From an uncultured archaeon (GTDB lineage: Archaea; Thermoproteota; Bathyarchaeia; Bathyarchaeales; Bathycorpusculaceae), in NCBI GenBank assembly GCA_963782915.1, contig CAWALK010000012.1:1-64000 (forward strand): a DNA stretch of 64,000 nucleotides. Reading direction: 5' to 3'. The notes below the pieces were generated by a model, which did no database searches, was not told the origin of the DNA, and saw nothing but the letters and a program-made list of their open reading frames with translations. The position numbers and the translations under genes were made by a program. This document shows, in pieces, positions 1-10,206 of the stretch (position 1 is its first letter; each line of letters begins with the position of its first letter).

Positions 1-370
1 CACAGTTTTAGGAAAAAAGAATGTTGTTCTTTTCTTTTATCCGAGGGATGAGGACCTACGTATTGTAAAGAAGCTGAGGCTTTTAAGATGTCCATGAAGC
101 CTTCAAAGAAATCAATGCAGAAGTAATTGGCATAAATGCTCAAAGTGTAGACTCGCATAAGGGCTTGCCAACCACCATAATCTGCGATATATCTCATTGA
201 GCGACGCCGATAACAAGGTTAGACAGCTATACGGCGTTTCATCTACTCTGGGGGCGCCTGGAAGGGTTACATTCGTTATCGATGAGGAAGGCATTGTTAA
301 ACACGTTTTCGTCTCTCAAATTCATTTTAATAAGCACTCTAAAGAAGCCTTACAAGCATTAAGATTATAG
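1..370 (+). CDS. bcp: BCP-type peroxiredoxin, 5'-truncated by the window and frameshifted
   Basis: Manual translation across indels: VVLFFYPRD..CKEAEAF..EVIGINAQSVDSH..LSDADNKVRQLYGV..PGRVTFVIDEEGIVKH; stop TAG ends at 370. Confidence 0.8.
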
Positions 371-420
371 GTGATCTTTGTCTTTTCGGTCGCTATACAT
401 TGGAGAATTTACCTTCGACA

Positions 421-516
421 GTGAATCAATTATTTTATCTTGGCCGTCAATGTTATTCAAAAAACAAAGAACCAGCCCCCACTATAGCAACGCAAAGCGG
501 CGGTATTGGTGCAAGT
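421..516 (-). pseudogene. Relic of the 3' end of the P-type H+-ATPase gene (direct repeat of about 10219-10318)
   Basis: 461-516 matches 10262-10318 at 52 of 57 positions by hand alignment; minus strand reads LAPIPPLCVAIV/GWFFVF versus LAPIPPLYVVIVLGWFFVF. Confidence 0.8.
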
Positions 517-646
517 ACGTATTTTGAGTATCAATAAGCTGATTAATAAGCTGACATTCAATATATAGTAAGCTAACAATCACATAGACTTATTTCTAAA
601 AGGTAGCAAAAAAATGTGCGGCTTAAAAAACTAACGTGATGTTTAC

Positions 647-1400
647 ATGAATAAAGAGCCATCCTTATCAGATTCAATGCTTAGCGCACACGCCTATCGC
701 TTCCTCGAGTTGCGACGGCTATTTTCCGAAGTTTTAGGAACTTTCTTTCTAGTTTTAGTAGCCGCCGGAGGGGATGTTGTAAATACTGCGACACACGGAG
801 CCATTAGCCAAGTTGCTCTTGTCATTGCGCCTGGTTTAATGGTTATGGCAATCATTCTTTTTATGGGAAAGGTTTCGGGGGCTCATCTAAATCCTGCAGT
901 AACGATTGCGTTTGCTGCTAGAGGTGATTTCCCTTGGCGTCGAGTGCCTGGATACATTCTAGCCCAAATTGTCGGCGCTGTTATAGCATGTTCTTTTCTT
1001 GCACTAATATTTGGTGTGATTGGATCTTTTGGGTCCACTCAACCCGGAACTGGCTTTACGAGTTTGCAAGCAGTTTTAGTAGAGTTTGTTCTTACTCTTG
1101 GACTAATTAGTGTAATTCTTGGAACCGCTTCTCAAGCTCAAAACGTTGGACCTGTCTGCCCTTGCAGTGGGCGGTTATATTGCCTTGGCTGGACTTTGGG
1201 CAGCGGCTATATCAGGCGCATCAATGAACCCAGCGCGCTCTTTTGCCCCCGATCTTTTTCTTCTTAACTTTAATAACTATTGGATATATTTGGTTGGGCC
1301 TATAGCAGGGGCATTGCTTGCGGTGTTTTTCGCTTATCTTCTCCGTGGAGGTGGCAAGGACGTAACTGCGATTGAGGCAGCACAAGGTATCCCCCAATAA
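647..1400 (+). CDS. MIP/aquaporin family channel (one frameshift near 1150)
   Basis: SGAHLNPAVT in ORF 647-1267 and GASMNPARSFAP in ORF 1119-1400 give the two NPA motifs. Confidence 0.92.
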
Positions 1401-1550
1401 TCCAACTAATTAAGGTTTGCAATCTATTAGAGCCTTAGTTTCTTTAGAGATATAACCAACAATACGTTTATTAAACCTTGTCTCACTGATCGATGAAGGC
1501 CTTTTTGGATAGGGAAATTTCATGATACATTCGAGTTGCCTAAAAAAGTC

Positions 1551-2863
1551 TTAGATATTTGGTTTTATATTTTGCTCTTTTAGTTCTTCAGCAGTGTACT
1601 CTCTAATTATGCCATGTATGCCTTTGCTTATTATCCACAAAAAGATATAGGATAATACAAAAACTGTTACGAGAACTACCGGTATAGCAAACAATTGCAG
1701 CCCAAGTTGATGCAAGGCTTGCATACCACCACCAAATAACAGACCATCGGGTAATCCAGAGCCGCCTCCAAAAGAAGCGAACGAAAACTGCGTAAAGAAC
1801 GCCACCATAATAAAACCAAATATGCCACCAAGAAAGTGACCTGAAAAAAGACCAACTGGATCTGTAAACCATTTGACTCTTTGAAATAATTTCTCGCCTA
1901 AGATGAATACTATAGATCCTAATATTCCAAGAATTACTGCGCTACCCGGACCAACATAACCTGCCACGGGGGTGATAACAATTAAACCGATAAGTATGCC
2001 GTTCGCAGCATACATTAAACTTGGCAATTTTCTTATTTCCAGATATTTAAAAAACATAGTAAACATAAAGCCAGTCGCACAGCAAGAAAGTGATCAAAAC
2101 CACAATATATGATTGGATATTTAGCGCTAATGTGCTTCCTGGATTGAAACCAAACCAGCCAAGCCAAAGCAGAAGAATTGATATGACAGCCATGGCGTAT
2201 TTGGCTTAGGCTGTACTTGAGGGCTTTCTCGGAAGCCTTTCTTTTTTTCCTCTTGCCAAACTCTTAAAACAATAGCTAAACCTGCTGCTCCTGCAGCTCC
2301 ATGTACAACCAATCCGCCTGCAAAATCTCTTACACCCATCATATAGAGCCATCCTTGTGGGTTCCATATCCAGGCGGCTGGCAATGCCCAAATGAGAATA
2401 AAGTAAGGAATTGAAAAAAGAAAGAACGCTTGTAGCTTGATTTTTTTTAAAACAATCACACCAACTAACGCAAGGGTGACAGTGGCGAAAGCAGTTTCAA
2501 AGAAAAAATAAGACGGAAGTGTAACTAAATTATCAAAATACTGTGGACCCATCGACCACCAAACTTGCGTGAAAATATCTGCTGAATTGCTTTGAAAACC
2601 ACCCATGAACGGAAAATTATAAAATGGATTACCCATTAAACCCCCACCGATTGTGGGTGCAAAGGCGACACTAAAGCCAAGAAACGCCATGAAAAAGAAG
2701 CCTGAGCAAGATATCATAATATTCTTTAATAAGGCTCTATAGCACTTCTTCCAAGCTCACCTCTCTCCAGGATCCCAACAGAAATGGTCATAAGGAAGAC
2801 AAGGACGCCGCATATCAAGACCCATAGATTATTGAAGAGATTTCTGTTGGAAGAAGCAGACAT
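1551..2863 (-). CDS. amt: Amt family ammonium transporter (several frameshifts)
   Basis: N-terminus NNLWVLICGVLVFLM; FFETAFA; RDFAGGLVVHGAAG; WFGWFGFNPG; NGILIGLIVITP; DPVGLFSGH (both pore His residues present). Confidence 0.88.
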
Positions 2864-2878
2864 TCGGATCACACTCCA

Positions 2879-4037
2879 TTAGTGCAAAATTATTGAAGCA
2901 ATCAGTCCCAAATGATTCATCAATATCAATACCCCAGAATTGCCTATAGGCAATAAAGATAATGATGCTTGTGCTATTGCAGGAAAAATTTTCGCTCCTA
3001 AGATAATTAGCCATGCTGTAAATACAAATGGGCCTGTTAGCGTCGGTAGATTGAAGCGACTGGTTATTGTGCCGATGAAAGCCGTTACTACAGAAGAGAA
3101 GGCCGTGGCGAAAAGCATTATAAAGAAGTTAATTGGGGAACCGTTAAATGGATTTATTGGCCAAAGGAATCCAAGGAAAACACCCATGACGGCCAAAGCC
3201 GTTAAGGTTCCGTTAAAACCGTATAGTCCTCGTAGGATCGCGGTTCTGTCGGCTTGGAAAGCTATCGCTGCTAATGTTGCAGAAAGCGTTCCTATGAATG
3301 CTGTGATTCCAGCAAAGTATAATGGATATTGCGCTGGGAATCCATAGGGGGTTAATGAAAGGCTGGCGAATGTTAATCCTATGAAGATTAGAACGCCTGT
3401 CTTCCAATTTTCCTGGAAGAAAACTTGAGCGATTCCTGTAAAAATAAGTTTGATAAACCCTCCAGCAGTGAACTCATTTAGCCTTAAATATTCTTTTTTC
3501 CCCGTGTCATTAGGATTTTTGAGTAATGTGCTTATTTGTTTTGTTGGAGGTGGCGGCCCAGATAATTTCAGCCTAGGGAACTTGTAAGCCGCAAACAGGA
3601 AAATCCAAGTTGTTAGTACAAACGCTGAAGTTTCAACAGGAAGACCGAAAATTTTTGTGACCCAAATTAACGATGCAGTAATAAAACCGGTAACTAAAGC
3701 GCCTATAACCGCTGCGGTTGTTGCTGATCTTCCTTTTCTCAAGGAATGTATCCCCTAAGGCGATAGCCGTTAAAACCGAGTTAAACCCAAATATTCCATA
3801 AATTAGTGCATTATCCGGCGAAGACAAAGAAGCTGGCACCACCTCTATACCTAGAGCTAAACCAACCAAACCACCCGCTATTGATCCAATGATAGCAAAG
3901 GCAGCTGCCCTCTTTGAGTTAATTGCAAGAGCGATTACAAAGATAATTCCAACCAGAGGCGAACCCATAAAAAAAACTTGGGCAACTCCATTAAGAACAA
4001 AATTTATGGTCCCTGAAATTGGATCCAAAAAAATCAC
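2879..4037 (-). CDS. UT-family urea transporter (frameshift near 3735)
   Basis: Duplicated motifs [17 protein letters not shown] and GIFGFN/GLYGFN; LPTLTGPFV; divergent from the ure operon. Confidence 0.9.
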
Positions 4038-4075
4038 TCACTAGACAAAGGTGCTAACAAGCGCATTTATAGTTG

Positions 4076-4099
4076 TGTTGTGCAGGTTTTGATACAACA
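4076..4099. promoter_or_regulatory. Inverted repeat between the divergent urea transporter and ureA promoters
   Basis: TGTTGT-N12-ACAACA, flanked by TTTATA (4066-4071) and TTTTAAA (4103-4109). Confidence 0.35.
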
Positions 4100-4163
4100 T
4101 AGTTTTAAACCACGCTATGAAAGTCTTTCTAGTGTTGTTTTTTCAAAATTAAAAGGTGAAAAA

Positions 4164-4487
4164 ATGAAGTTAGTACCGCGTGAAGTAGAAAAAATGATGA
4201 TTTTCACTGCTGCACGAATGGCTGAGCGAAGAATGAAAGATGGGTTAAAACTGAACTACCCCGAAGCCGTCGCAATCATCGCTGATTATGTACAAGAAGG
4301 AGCTAGAAGGGGCGTAATGGTAGCTCAAATAGCCAAAGATGCAAGGCATGTTTTGACGATGGAAGATGTGATGCCTAACGTAGCGGATATGATAAGTTTG
4401 GTTCAGGTCGAGGCTACTTTTCCAGATGGCACCAAACTCGTAAGTGTGCATAACCCAATCCAACCCAAGGAGGAAGAGAAAAAATGA
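4164..4487 (+). CDS. ureA: Urease gamma subunit
   Basis: [40 protein letters not shown]; GGTGA RBS before the ATG at 4164. Confidence 0.97.
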   Translation: MKLVPREVEKMMIFTAARMAERRMKDGLKLNYPEAVAIIADYVQEGARRGVMVAQIAKDARHVLTMEDVMPNVADMISLVQVEATFPDGTKLVSVHNPIQPKEEEKK

Positions 4488-4861
4488 GTTCTAACACAGT
4501 AGGGCAAATAACCCTTGGACAAGGAGACATAGAGGCATTCCAAGCAAGAAAATCAATTACATTGAAAGTAAGAAATACCGGCGACAGAGGAATTCAAGTA
4601 GGTTCTCATTTCCACTTCTTTGAGGCGAATAGGGCATTAGACTTCGAAAGAGAAAAGGCATACGGCATGAAACTTGCAATTCCAGCAGGCACAAGCGTGA
4701 GGTTTGAACCAGGACAAGAAAAAGAAGTTACGCTTGTCGAATATGGGGGCAAAAAGTACGTCCATGGATTCAACAACCTTGTTGATGGAAGCGTACGGAC
4801 TATCTACCGAAAGGATATGGCCCTAAGAAAAGCTAAGGAGCTTAAGTTCAAAGGAGCGTAA
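4484..4861 (+). CDS. ureB: Urease beta subunit
   Basis: [33 protein letters not shown]. Confidence 0.97.
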   Translation: MSSNTVGQITLGQGDIEAFQARKSITLKVRNTGDRGIQVGSHFHFFEANRALDFEREKAYGMKLAIPAGTSVRFEPGQEKEVTLVEYGGKKYVHGFNNLVDGSVRTIYRKDMALRKAKELKFKGA

Positions 4862-4865
4862 AAAA

Positions 4866-6581
4866 ATGAAAATTCCACGAAAACAATATTTAGACTTGTA
4901 TGGGCCCACAAAAGGCGATAAAATTCAATTGGCAGACACAAACTTGGTCATTGAAGTAGAAAGGGATGTTGCGACATTCGGCGACGAATTGGTCTTCGGC
5001 GGCGGAAAAAGTGCCCGGCAAGGAATGGGTTTAGCGGATGGCACAACACAGGCAGATGGAGCCCTTGACCATGTTATCACCAACGTTGTAGTGTTGGATG
5101 CAATATTGGGTGTTGTAAAGGCGGACATAGGAATTAGAAACGGGCTGATCGCTGGAATTGGAAAGGCTGGAAATCCAAACACGATGGATAATGTCAACGA
5201 AAACTTAGTGGTAAGTAACTCCACCGAAGTTACGGCTGGAGAAGGACTGATAGCTACTGCTGGCTTTTTCGATACACACGTGCATATGATATCTCCACAG
5301 CAAGTATTCCATGCCATAGGAAACGGCATAACAACATACGTTGGTGGAGGAACAGGTCCTGCCGATGGAACAAACGCAACTACTTGTACACCTGGACCTT
5401 GGAACATACGAAAAATGATTGAAGCTATTGAAGGATTACCAATCAACTGGCTTTTCTTAGGCAAAGCCAACGATAGCCGTCAAGAAACCTTAATTGAGGA
5501 ACTTGCCGCAGGCGCTGGAGGACTTAAAATGCATGAAGACTGGGGCGCCACTAGGGCATCTTTGGACACAGGTTTAAGCGTTGCAGACGAATATGACGTT
5601 CAAATAGCTATACACACAGACTCCCTTAATGAAGGAGGCTATGTTGACGACTCCATAGACGCCATAGATGGAAGGACAGTCCATACCTATCACACGGAAG
5701 GCGCAGGTGGAGGACATGCACCAGACATTATGAAAATAGCTGGAGAACCCAACGCTTTACCATCGTCGACGAACCCAACAAGGCCATACACTGTCAACAC
5801 TATCGATGAGCATCTCGACATGGTTATGGTAACCCACCACCTTAACCCAAAAGTTCCCGAAGATGTCGCCTTTGCAGAATCAAGAATTAGAGCCGAAACC
5901 ATAGCCGCTGAAGATGTATTCCATGATTGGGGCATTCTAAGCATGTATTCAGCTGATAGCCAAGCAATGGGCAGAACAGGCGAAGTTTCAACCAGATGCT
6001 GGCAGACTGCACACAAAATGAAGGCGCAATTTGGCAAACTAATGGAAGATTCCCCAGACAATGACAACTTTAGAGTTTTGAGATACTTGGCTAAGCTTAA
6101 CATAAATCCCGCCATAACCAATGGCGTTTCCGATTACGTGGGTAGCATGGAAAAAGGAAAAATGGCTGACATTGTACTGTGGGACCCTCGATTCTTCGGA
6201 GTAAAGCCAAACATAGTTTTCAAGGGAGGCTTCATAGCCTATGCAATGATGGGTGACCCCAATGCTTCAGTTCCACCAGTAGAACCAATCTTCTTTAGAC
6301 CAATGTTTGGAGGATTCGGTTTAGCAAGATCGACAACATCGGCACTTTTTACATCAAAATTGGCAATTGAAAATGGTATCAAAGAGAAATACGGCATACA
6401 ACGCCAAGTTCTACCGGTACACAACGTCAGAAACATAGGCAAACAACAGATGGTGCGGAATAGCACACTCGGCGAAATAAAAATCGATCCAGAGACATAC
6501 AAAGTAACATTCAATGGCAAGCCAGCAACTTGTGAACCTGCAAAAGAATTACCGTTAACTCAGCTCTACCATCTAATATAG
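4866..6581 (+). CDS. ureC: Urease alpha subunit
   Basis: [49 protein letters not shown]: Ni-ligand motifs intact. Confidence 0.99.
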   Translation: MKIPRKQYLDLYGPTKGDKIQLADTNLVIEVERDVATFGDELVFGGGKSARQGMGLADGTTQADGALDHVITNVVVLDAILGVVKADIGIRNGLIAGIGKAGNPNTMDNVNENLVVSNSTEVTAGEGLIATAGFFDTHVHMISPQQVFHAIGNGITTYVGGGTGPADGTNATTCTPGPWNIRKMIEAIEGLPINWLFLGKANDSRQETLIEELAAGAGGLKMHEDWGATRASLDTGLSVADEYDVQIAIHTDSLNEGGYVDDSIDAIDGRTVHTYHTEGAGGGHAPDIMKIAGEPNALPSSTNPTRPYTVNTIDEHLDMVMVTHHLNPKVPEDVAFAESRIRAETIAAEDVFHDWGILSMYSADSQAMGRTGEVSTRCWQTAHKMKAQFGKLMEDSPDNDNFRVLRYLAKLNINPAITNGVSDYVGSMEKGKMADIVLWDPRFFGVKPNIVFKGGFIAYAMMGDPNASVPPVEPIFFRPMFGGFGLARSTTSALFTSKLAIENGIKEKYGIQRQVLPVHNVRNIGKQQMVRNSTLGEIKIDPETYKVTFNGKPATCEPAKELPLTQLYHLI

Positions 6582-6619
6582 ATGCTGAGTTTTTCCATCC
6601 TTTTTTTGGAGCACTTGAT

Positions 6620-6952
6620 TTGATTAGACATTTTACTTCTATTTCTAACGTGGAAAACGGAGCGATAATTGATCCTGAAAAAGTTAAGCATGGAGAAGTC
6701 ACCGCTCTTAAAATTTCAAATCTTTCCAGCTGGATTGATTCACAAACTCATTTGAATTTAGATTTTCCCAAACATCTCATGCGAGAAGTATACATAGCAG
6801 AGAACTTAGACATCGGCAGCAAGGTAATGCTCAAGGACGAAAGGTTTATGACAGCCCTTGTGAGTCCTCTAGCATACAAGCATTTTGGTTTTGTTGATGA
6901 AACCGAAAGGGCTGAACAGCTTAAAGTAGCCATTTTGAACAAAACAAAATAA
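6620..6952 (+). CDS. Hypothetical protein inside the urease operon
   Basis: 110-aa ORF filling the ureC-ureE gap on the same strand; no family recognised. Confidence 0.6.
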   Translation: MIRHFTSISNVENGAIIDPEKVKHGEVTALKISNLSSWIDSQTHLNLDFPKHLMREVYIAENLDIGSKVMLKDERFMTALVSPLAYKHFGFVDETERAEQLKVAILNKTK

Positions 6953-6967
6953 AAGACGGTTAAGCCA

Positions 6968-7446
6968 ATGATTGTTTTTGAAAAATTAGCGAATCAAGTC
7001 AGACGTCGAAAATACTAAAGAAGTTATAGCTAATAGGCAAGATGCAATGAGAGGTAGAGTAAGAACTAAGTTAAGCGATGGAGAAGACCTGATAATCAAT
7101 TTACCCAGAGGTCAACCTATAGGGCAAGGGGATATTTTCGGTCCTTCAGAAAAAGGAGATTTATTTCAAAATTCTCATCGAACCTGAACTTGTAATAAAA
7201 GTGACTTTAGACCAATCACAGGGCCAAGATGTTATAGAGAAAGCAGTAAAATTAGGTTACAATTTAGGTAATCGGCATCTTGAGGTTCTAATGGAAGATG
7301 ATGTTGTATTTGTTCCTGTTACAATAGGTGAAGAAAAAGTCAGGAAAATAATAGCATCAATGAAGTTGCCGATTACCGTCGAAGCAGTTCAAAAAGTAAT
7401 ATCCATGTCTTCATCAGGATACCATGCAGGAGAAGAAGAGGAATAA
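6968..7446 (+). CDS. ureE: Urease accessory protein UreE (frameshifted)
   Basis: RGRVRTKLSDGEDLIINLPRG..GDI from manual translation, plus LGYNLGNRH in ORF 7201-7446. Confidence 0.85.
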
Positions 7447-7449
7447 TCT

Positions 7450-8118
7450 TTGACTGAAGATGAAAAACTTTTAAATTTACTGAGAACATCTGATTCATTT
7501 TTTCCAATGGGATCATTCGCCATGTCGCAGGGCATGGAACAAATAATAAACGAAAATCTGTTGCCGAAAGAAAAAGTTGCAAAAATAATAAATATTTATT
7601 TAGAAAAAATTTGGAAAACATTCGACCTGGGCATTTTCTACAAAGCGTTAGAAGCAATTGAAAAGAAAGATATTGAATTACTGAAAAAAATTGATGAAAT
7701 CTGTTATTCTTCTAAAGTTACTGAAGAAAATAGGTCAGCCATCGTTAAAATGGGCAGAAGCATGATGAATACAACTGAATTCAACGACGACTCAATAGGC
7801 AAAACTTACAAGGGTCTTATCAAATCTGATGCTGCGTACGGAACCTACCCAGTTGTTTTAGCGCTTGTGTCCGTTCAGTTTAGTTTCAGAGATTTAGGCG
7901 CTTTATCCCTTTTGTACGTTAACCTAATGGAAGTCACAGCTTCGTTAGTCAGAATGGGCATAATCGATTACATAGAAGCTCAAAAGATACTTATTAAATC
8001 AGTAAAATCAATTCAAGTAAAGCCCTTAAAGTCAACTGATCTACACCAAACTTTTCCATTGGCCGACATCGCCTCAATGAGGCACGAATTAAGCCCAAGT
8101 AGAATGTTCATGAGTTAA
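7450..8118 (+). CDS. ureF: Urease accessory protein UreF
   Basis: SDSFFPMGSFAMSQGME and C-terminal DIASMRHE..RMFMS. Confidence 0.93.
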   Translation: MTEDEKLLNLLRTSDSFFPMGSFAMSQGMEQIINENLLPKEKVAKIINIYLEKIWKTFDLGIFYKALEAIEKKDIELLKKIDEICYSSKVTEENRSAIVKMGRSMMNTTEFNDDSIGKTYKGLIKSDAAYGTYPVVLALVSVQFSFRDLGALSLLYVNLMEVTASLVRMGIIDYIEAQKILIKSVKSIQVKPLKSTDLHQTFPLADIASMRHELSPSRMFMS

Positions 8119-8138
8119 AAAAAGGAGATTGACAAAAA

Positions 8139-8783
8139 ATGAGTAGAACCGTTAGAATTGGAATAGGCGGCGCAATAGGCTGCGGAAAAACTGAATTAAT
8201 TGAGAAACTAGTTCCAAAATTGGTCGAACAAGGCTTTAAGGTTGGCGCAATTTCAAATGATGTTTATTCCAAAGAGGATGCCCGAAGACTCGCAGCAAGA
8301 CTCGGCAAAGACATAGACCCCGATTTAATCTTAGGGATAGAAACAGGAGGATGCCCACATACAGCCGTAAGAGATGACCCGTCGATGAATATAGATGCTG
8401 CTGAGAAACTTGAGAAAGACAATCCGGGTTTAGATGTAATCCTGATAGAATCCGGGGGCGATAATATAACATTAACGTTCAGCCCCAAATTAGCTGACTT
8501 TTTCATTTACATGGTAGATGTGGCTGGCGGAGACAAAACCATACGGAAGGGCGGCTTAGGAATTAAAAAATCTGACCTGCTGTTAATAAATAAAATAGAC
8601 TTGGCTCCTTATGTTGAATCTACGATTCTAGACTCAGGCGTAAAGACAGCCAATCTTGACCTTATGATGCAAGATTCAAATAAATTAAGAGGTGATAAAC
8701 CTACTCTCTTGCTGTCACTAAAAGATGGGACAGGGTTGGATGAATTGGTGAAGATAATAAGAGAAAAGGCACTCTTCAAATGA
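8139..8783 (+). CDS. ureG: Urease accessory GTPase UreG
   Basis: GCGKT, ETGGCPHTAVR, IESGGDN, NKID. Confidence 0.96.
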   Translation: MSRTVRIGIGGAIGCGKTELIEKLVPKLVEQGFKVGAISNDVYSKEDARRLAARLGKDIDPDLILGIETGGCPHTAVRDDPSMNIDAAEKLEKDNPGLDVILIESGGDNITLTFSPKLADFFIYMVDVAGGDKTIRKGGLGIKKSDLLLINKIDLAPYVESTILDSGVKTANLDLMMQDSNKLRGDKPTLLLSLKDGTGLDELVKIIREKALFK

Positions 8784-9688
8784 CTCAGGAAGCCATTCAA
8801 AACTTGATTCAAGATTTAACGGGTTTGCCCTCAGCTTTCTCAGAATATGACGCAGAACAAACTAGACTTGCTGTTGGATCTTCAGGCAAAAACGCTGTTG
8901 CGGAATTAAGCTTCACTAAATTCGGCGATAAAACATATCTCACGGATATTTACAATGAAGTACCAGCAAAAATTCTCAGAGAACTCTACTATGATCCGTT
9001 TTTGCCAGGTTTGCCTTATATTCTTTTCATGAACCCAACGGGCGGAATAGTGCAAGGTGATCGCTATTTTTACAAGATCCTATTAAAAGAAGGCGCAGAG
9101 GCATTTATTACTGATACAATGGCAACAAAAATATACAAAATGGATTTGAACTATGCCAGCAAACAAGTAGATGTTTATCTTGGAAAGAACAGTCGATTAG
9201 AGTTTCTGCCAAGGGAAACTATGGTATTTGTTGATTCCCGTTGGCATCAAAGAGTAACGTTTCATGTTAGTGATGGCGCTAAATTCTTGTATTGTGAAAT
9301 ATTCTGCCCTGGACGGGTGGCTAGGGGTGAATTTTGGGATTTTGAAATTTATTCTTCGAAAGTAGTTATTGAACACGATAAAAAGCTCGTACTTAACGAA
9401 AGTACGATGTTCACAAAGCAAGACAAAGAGTCACTTGATGTTATTTTTGGTGATAACAAGTTTTACTTGAAAGCATATTGGTATTCCGAAAACGCTGTGA
9501 GGGCCAAGAAAGAAATCGATTTTGCAGATACTTATGGCGGAGCTACACAAATGCCAAATAATAAGGGGCTAACCATAAAAGCACTTTCAAAGGATTTAAA
9601 TGATTTACAGCGCCTTCAAGATGAAATTTGGAAGATTTTTCGAAAAACCGAGACAGGCAAGGGCGTTCCCTTACTTCGGATGTATTAA
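8780..9688 (+). CDS. ureD: Urease accessory protein UreD/UreH
   Basis: NPTGGIVQGD, ATKIYKM, LEFLP, PGRVARGE. Confidence 0.92.
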   Translation: MTQEAIQNLIQDLTGLPSAFSEYDAEQTRLAVGSSGKNAVAELSFTKFGDKTYLTDIYNEVPAKILRELYYDPFLPGLPYILFMNPTGGIVQGDRYFYKILLKEGAEAFITDTMATKIYKMDLNYASKQVDVYLGKNSRLEFLPRETMVFVDSRWHQRVTFHVSDGAKFLYCEIFCPGRVARGEFWDFEIYSSKVVIEHDKKLVLNESTMFTKQDKESLDVIFGDNKFYLKAYWYSENAVRAKKEIDFADTYGGATQMPNNKGLTIKALSKDLNDLQRLQDEIWKIFRKTETGKGVPLLRMY

Positions 9689-10206
9689 TTTGATGCCAAA
9701 GCTAACTTTGTTAGAATGTTTGAAGAGTAAAATGAAAAACGAAAAAACTAACTGAATTTGTTTCTTTTTCCCCTAACTCTAAAACCCAACCGTTTTGAAC
9801 CCACAAACGTTGACGTTTGCCTTGCTTTGTGCATTCACGTTAACAGCGGTAAAGCTTAGGCAACCAGAATTTGTCAAAATTAAGAGCATTGAACTAAAAA
9901 ATTTTTGAAGTATTTGCCATAAAAACATCAAAACCCAGAAATGATTTTTAGTTATGTGGTTTTGTTGCTATTGCAATTTGATGCCGTTTATACAACTATA
10001 TGATTTTGCCATATCTCTTCAATTTAGTAGATTTCTTGCTGTAACTCGCTTAAGCCTGAGCTGCCTGATTGGCCTAATTGTTTTCGTATAGGCAATGCTG
10101 AAGTAACTGCCCATGGGGCGAATTCTTATGGTGGGTTAGCCTCTTACATATCGCATCTTGCTATCCACCTTTACTTACCATTTTGATATGGTCAATACTT
10201 GGGAGT

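Noticed and set aside
4925-6520. Long antisense and alternative-frame ORFs over ureC (and likewise over the ATPase, cdh and pur genes)
   Set aside because: Shadow ORFs caused by codon bias; no motifs or RBS
9780-10190. Possible gene remnants between ureD and the ATPase (signal-peptide-like fragment near 9780-9920, minus strand)
   Set aside because: Short, interrupted and not assignable to any family
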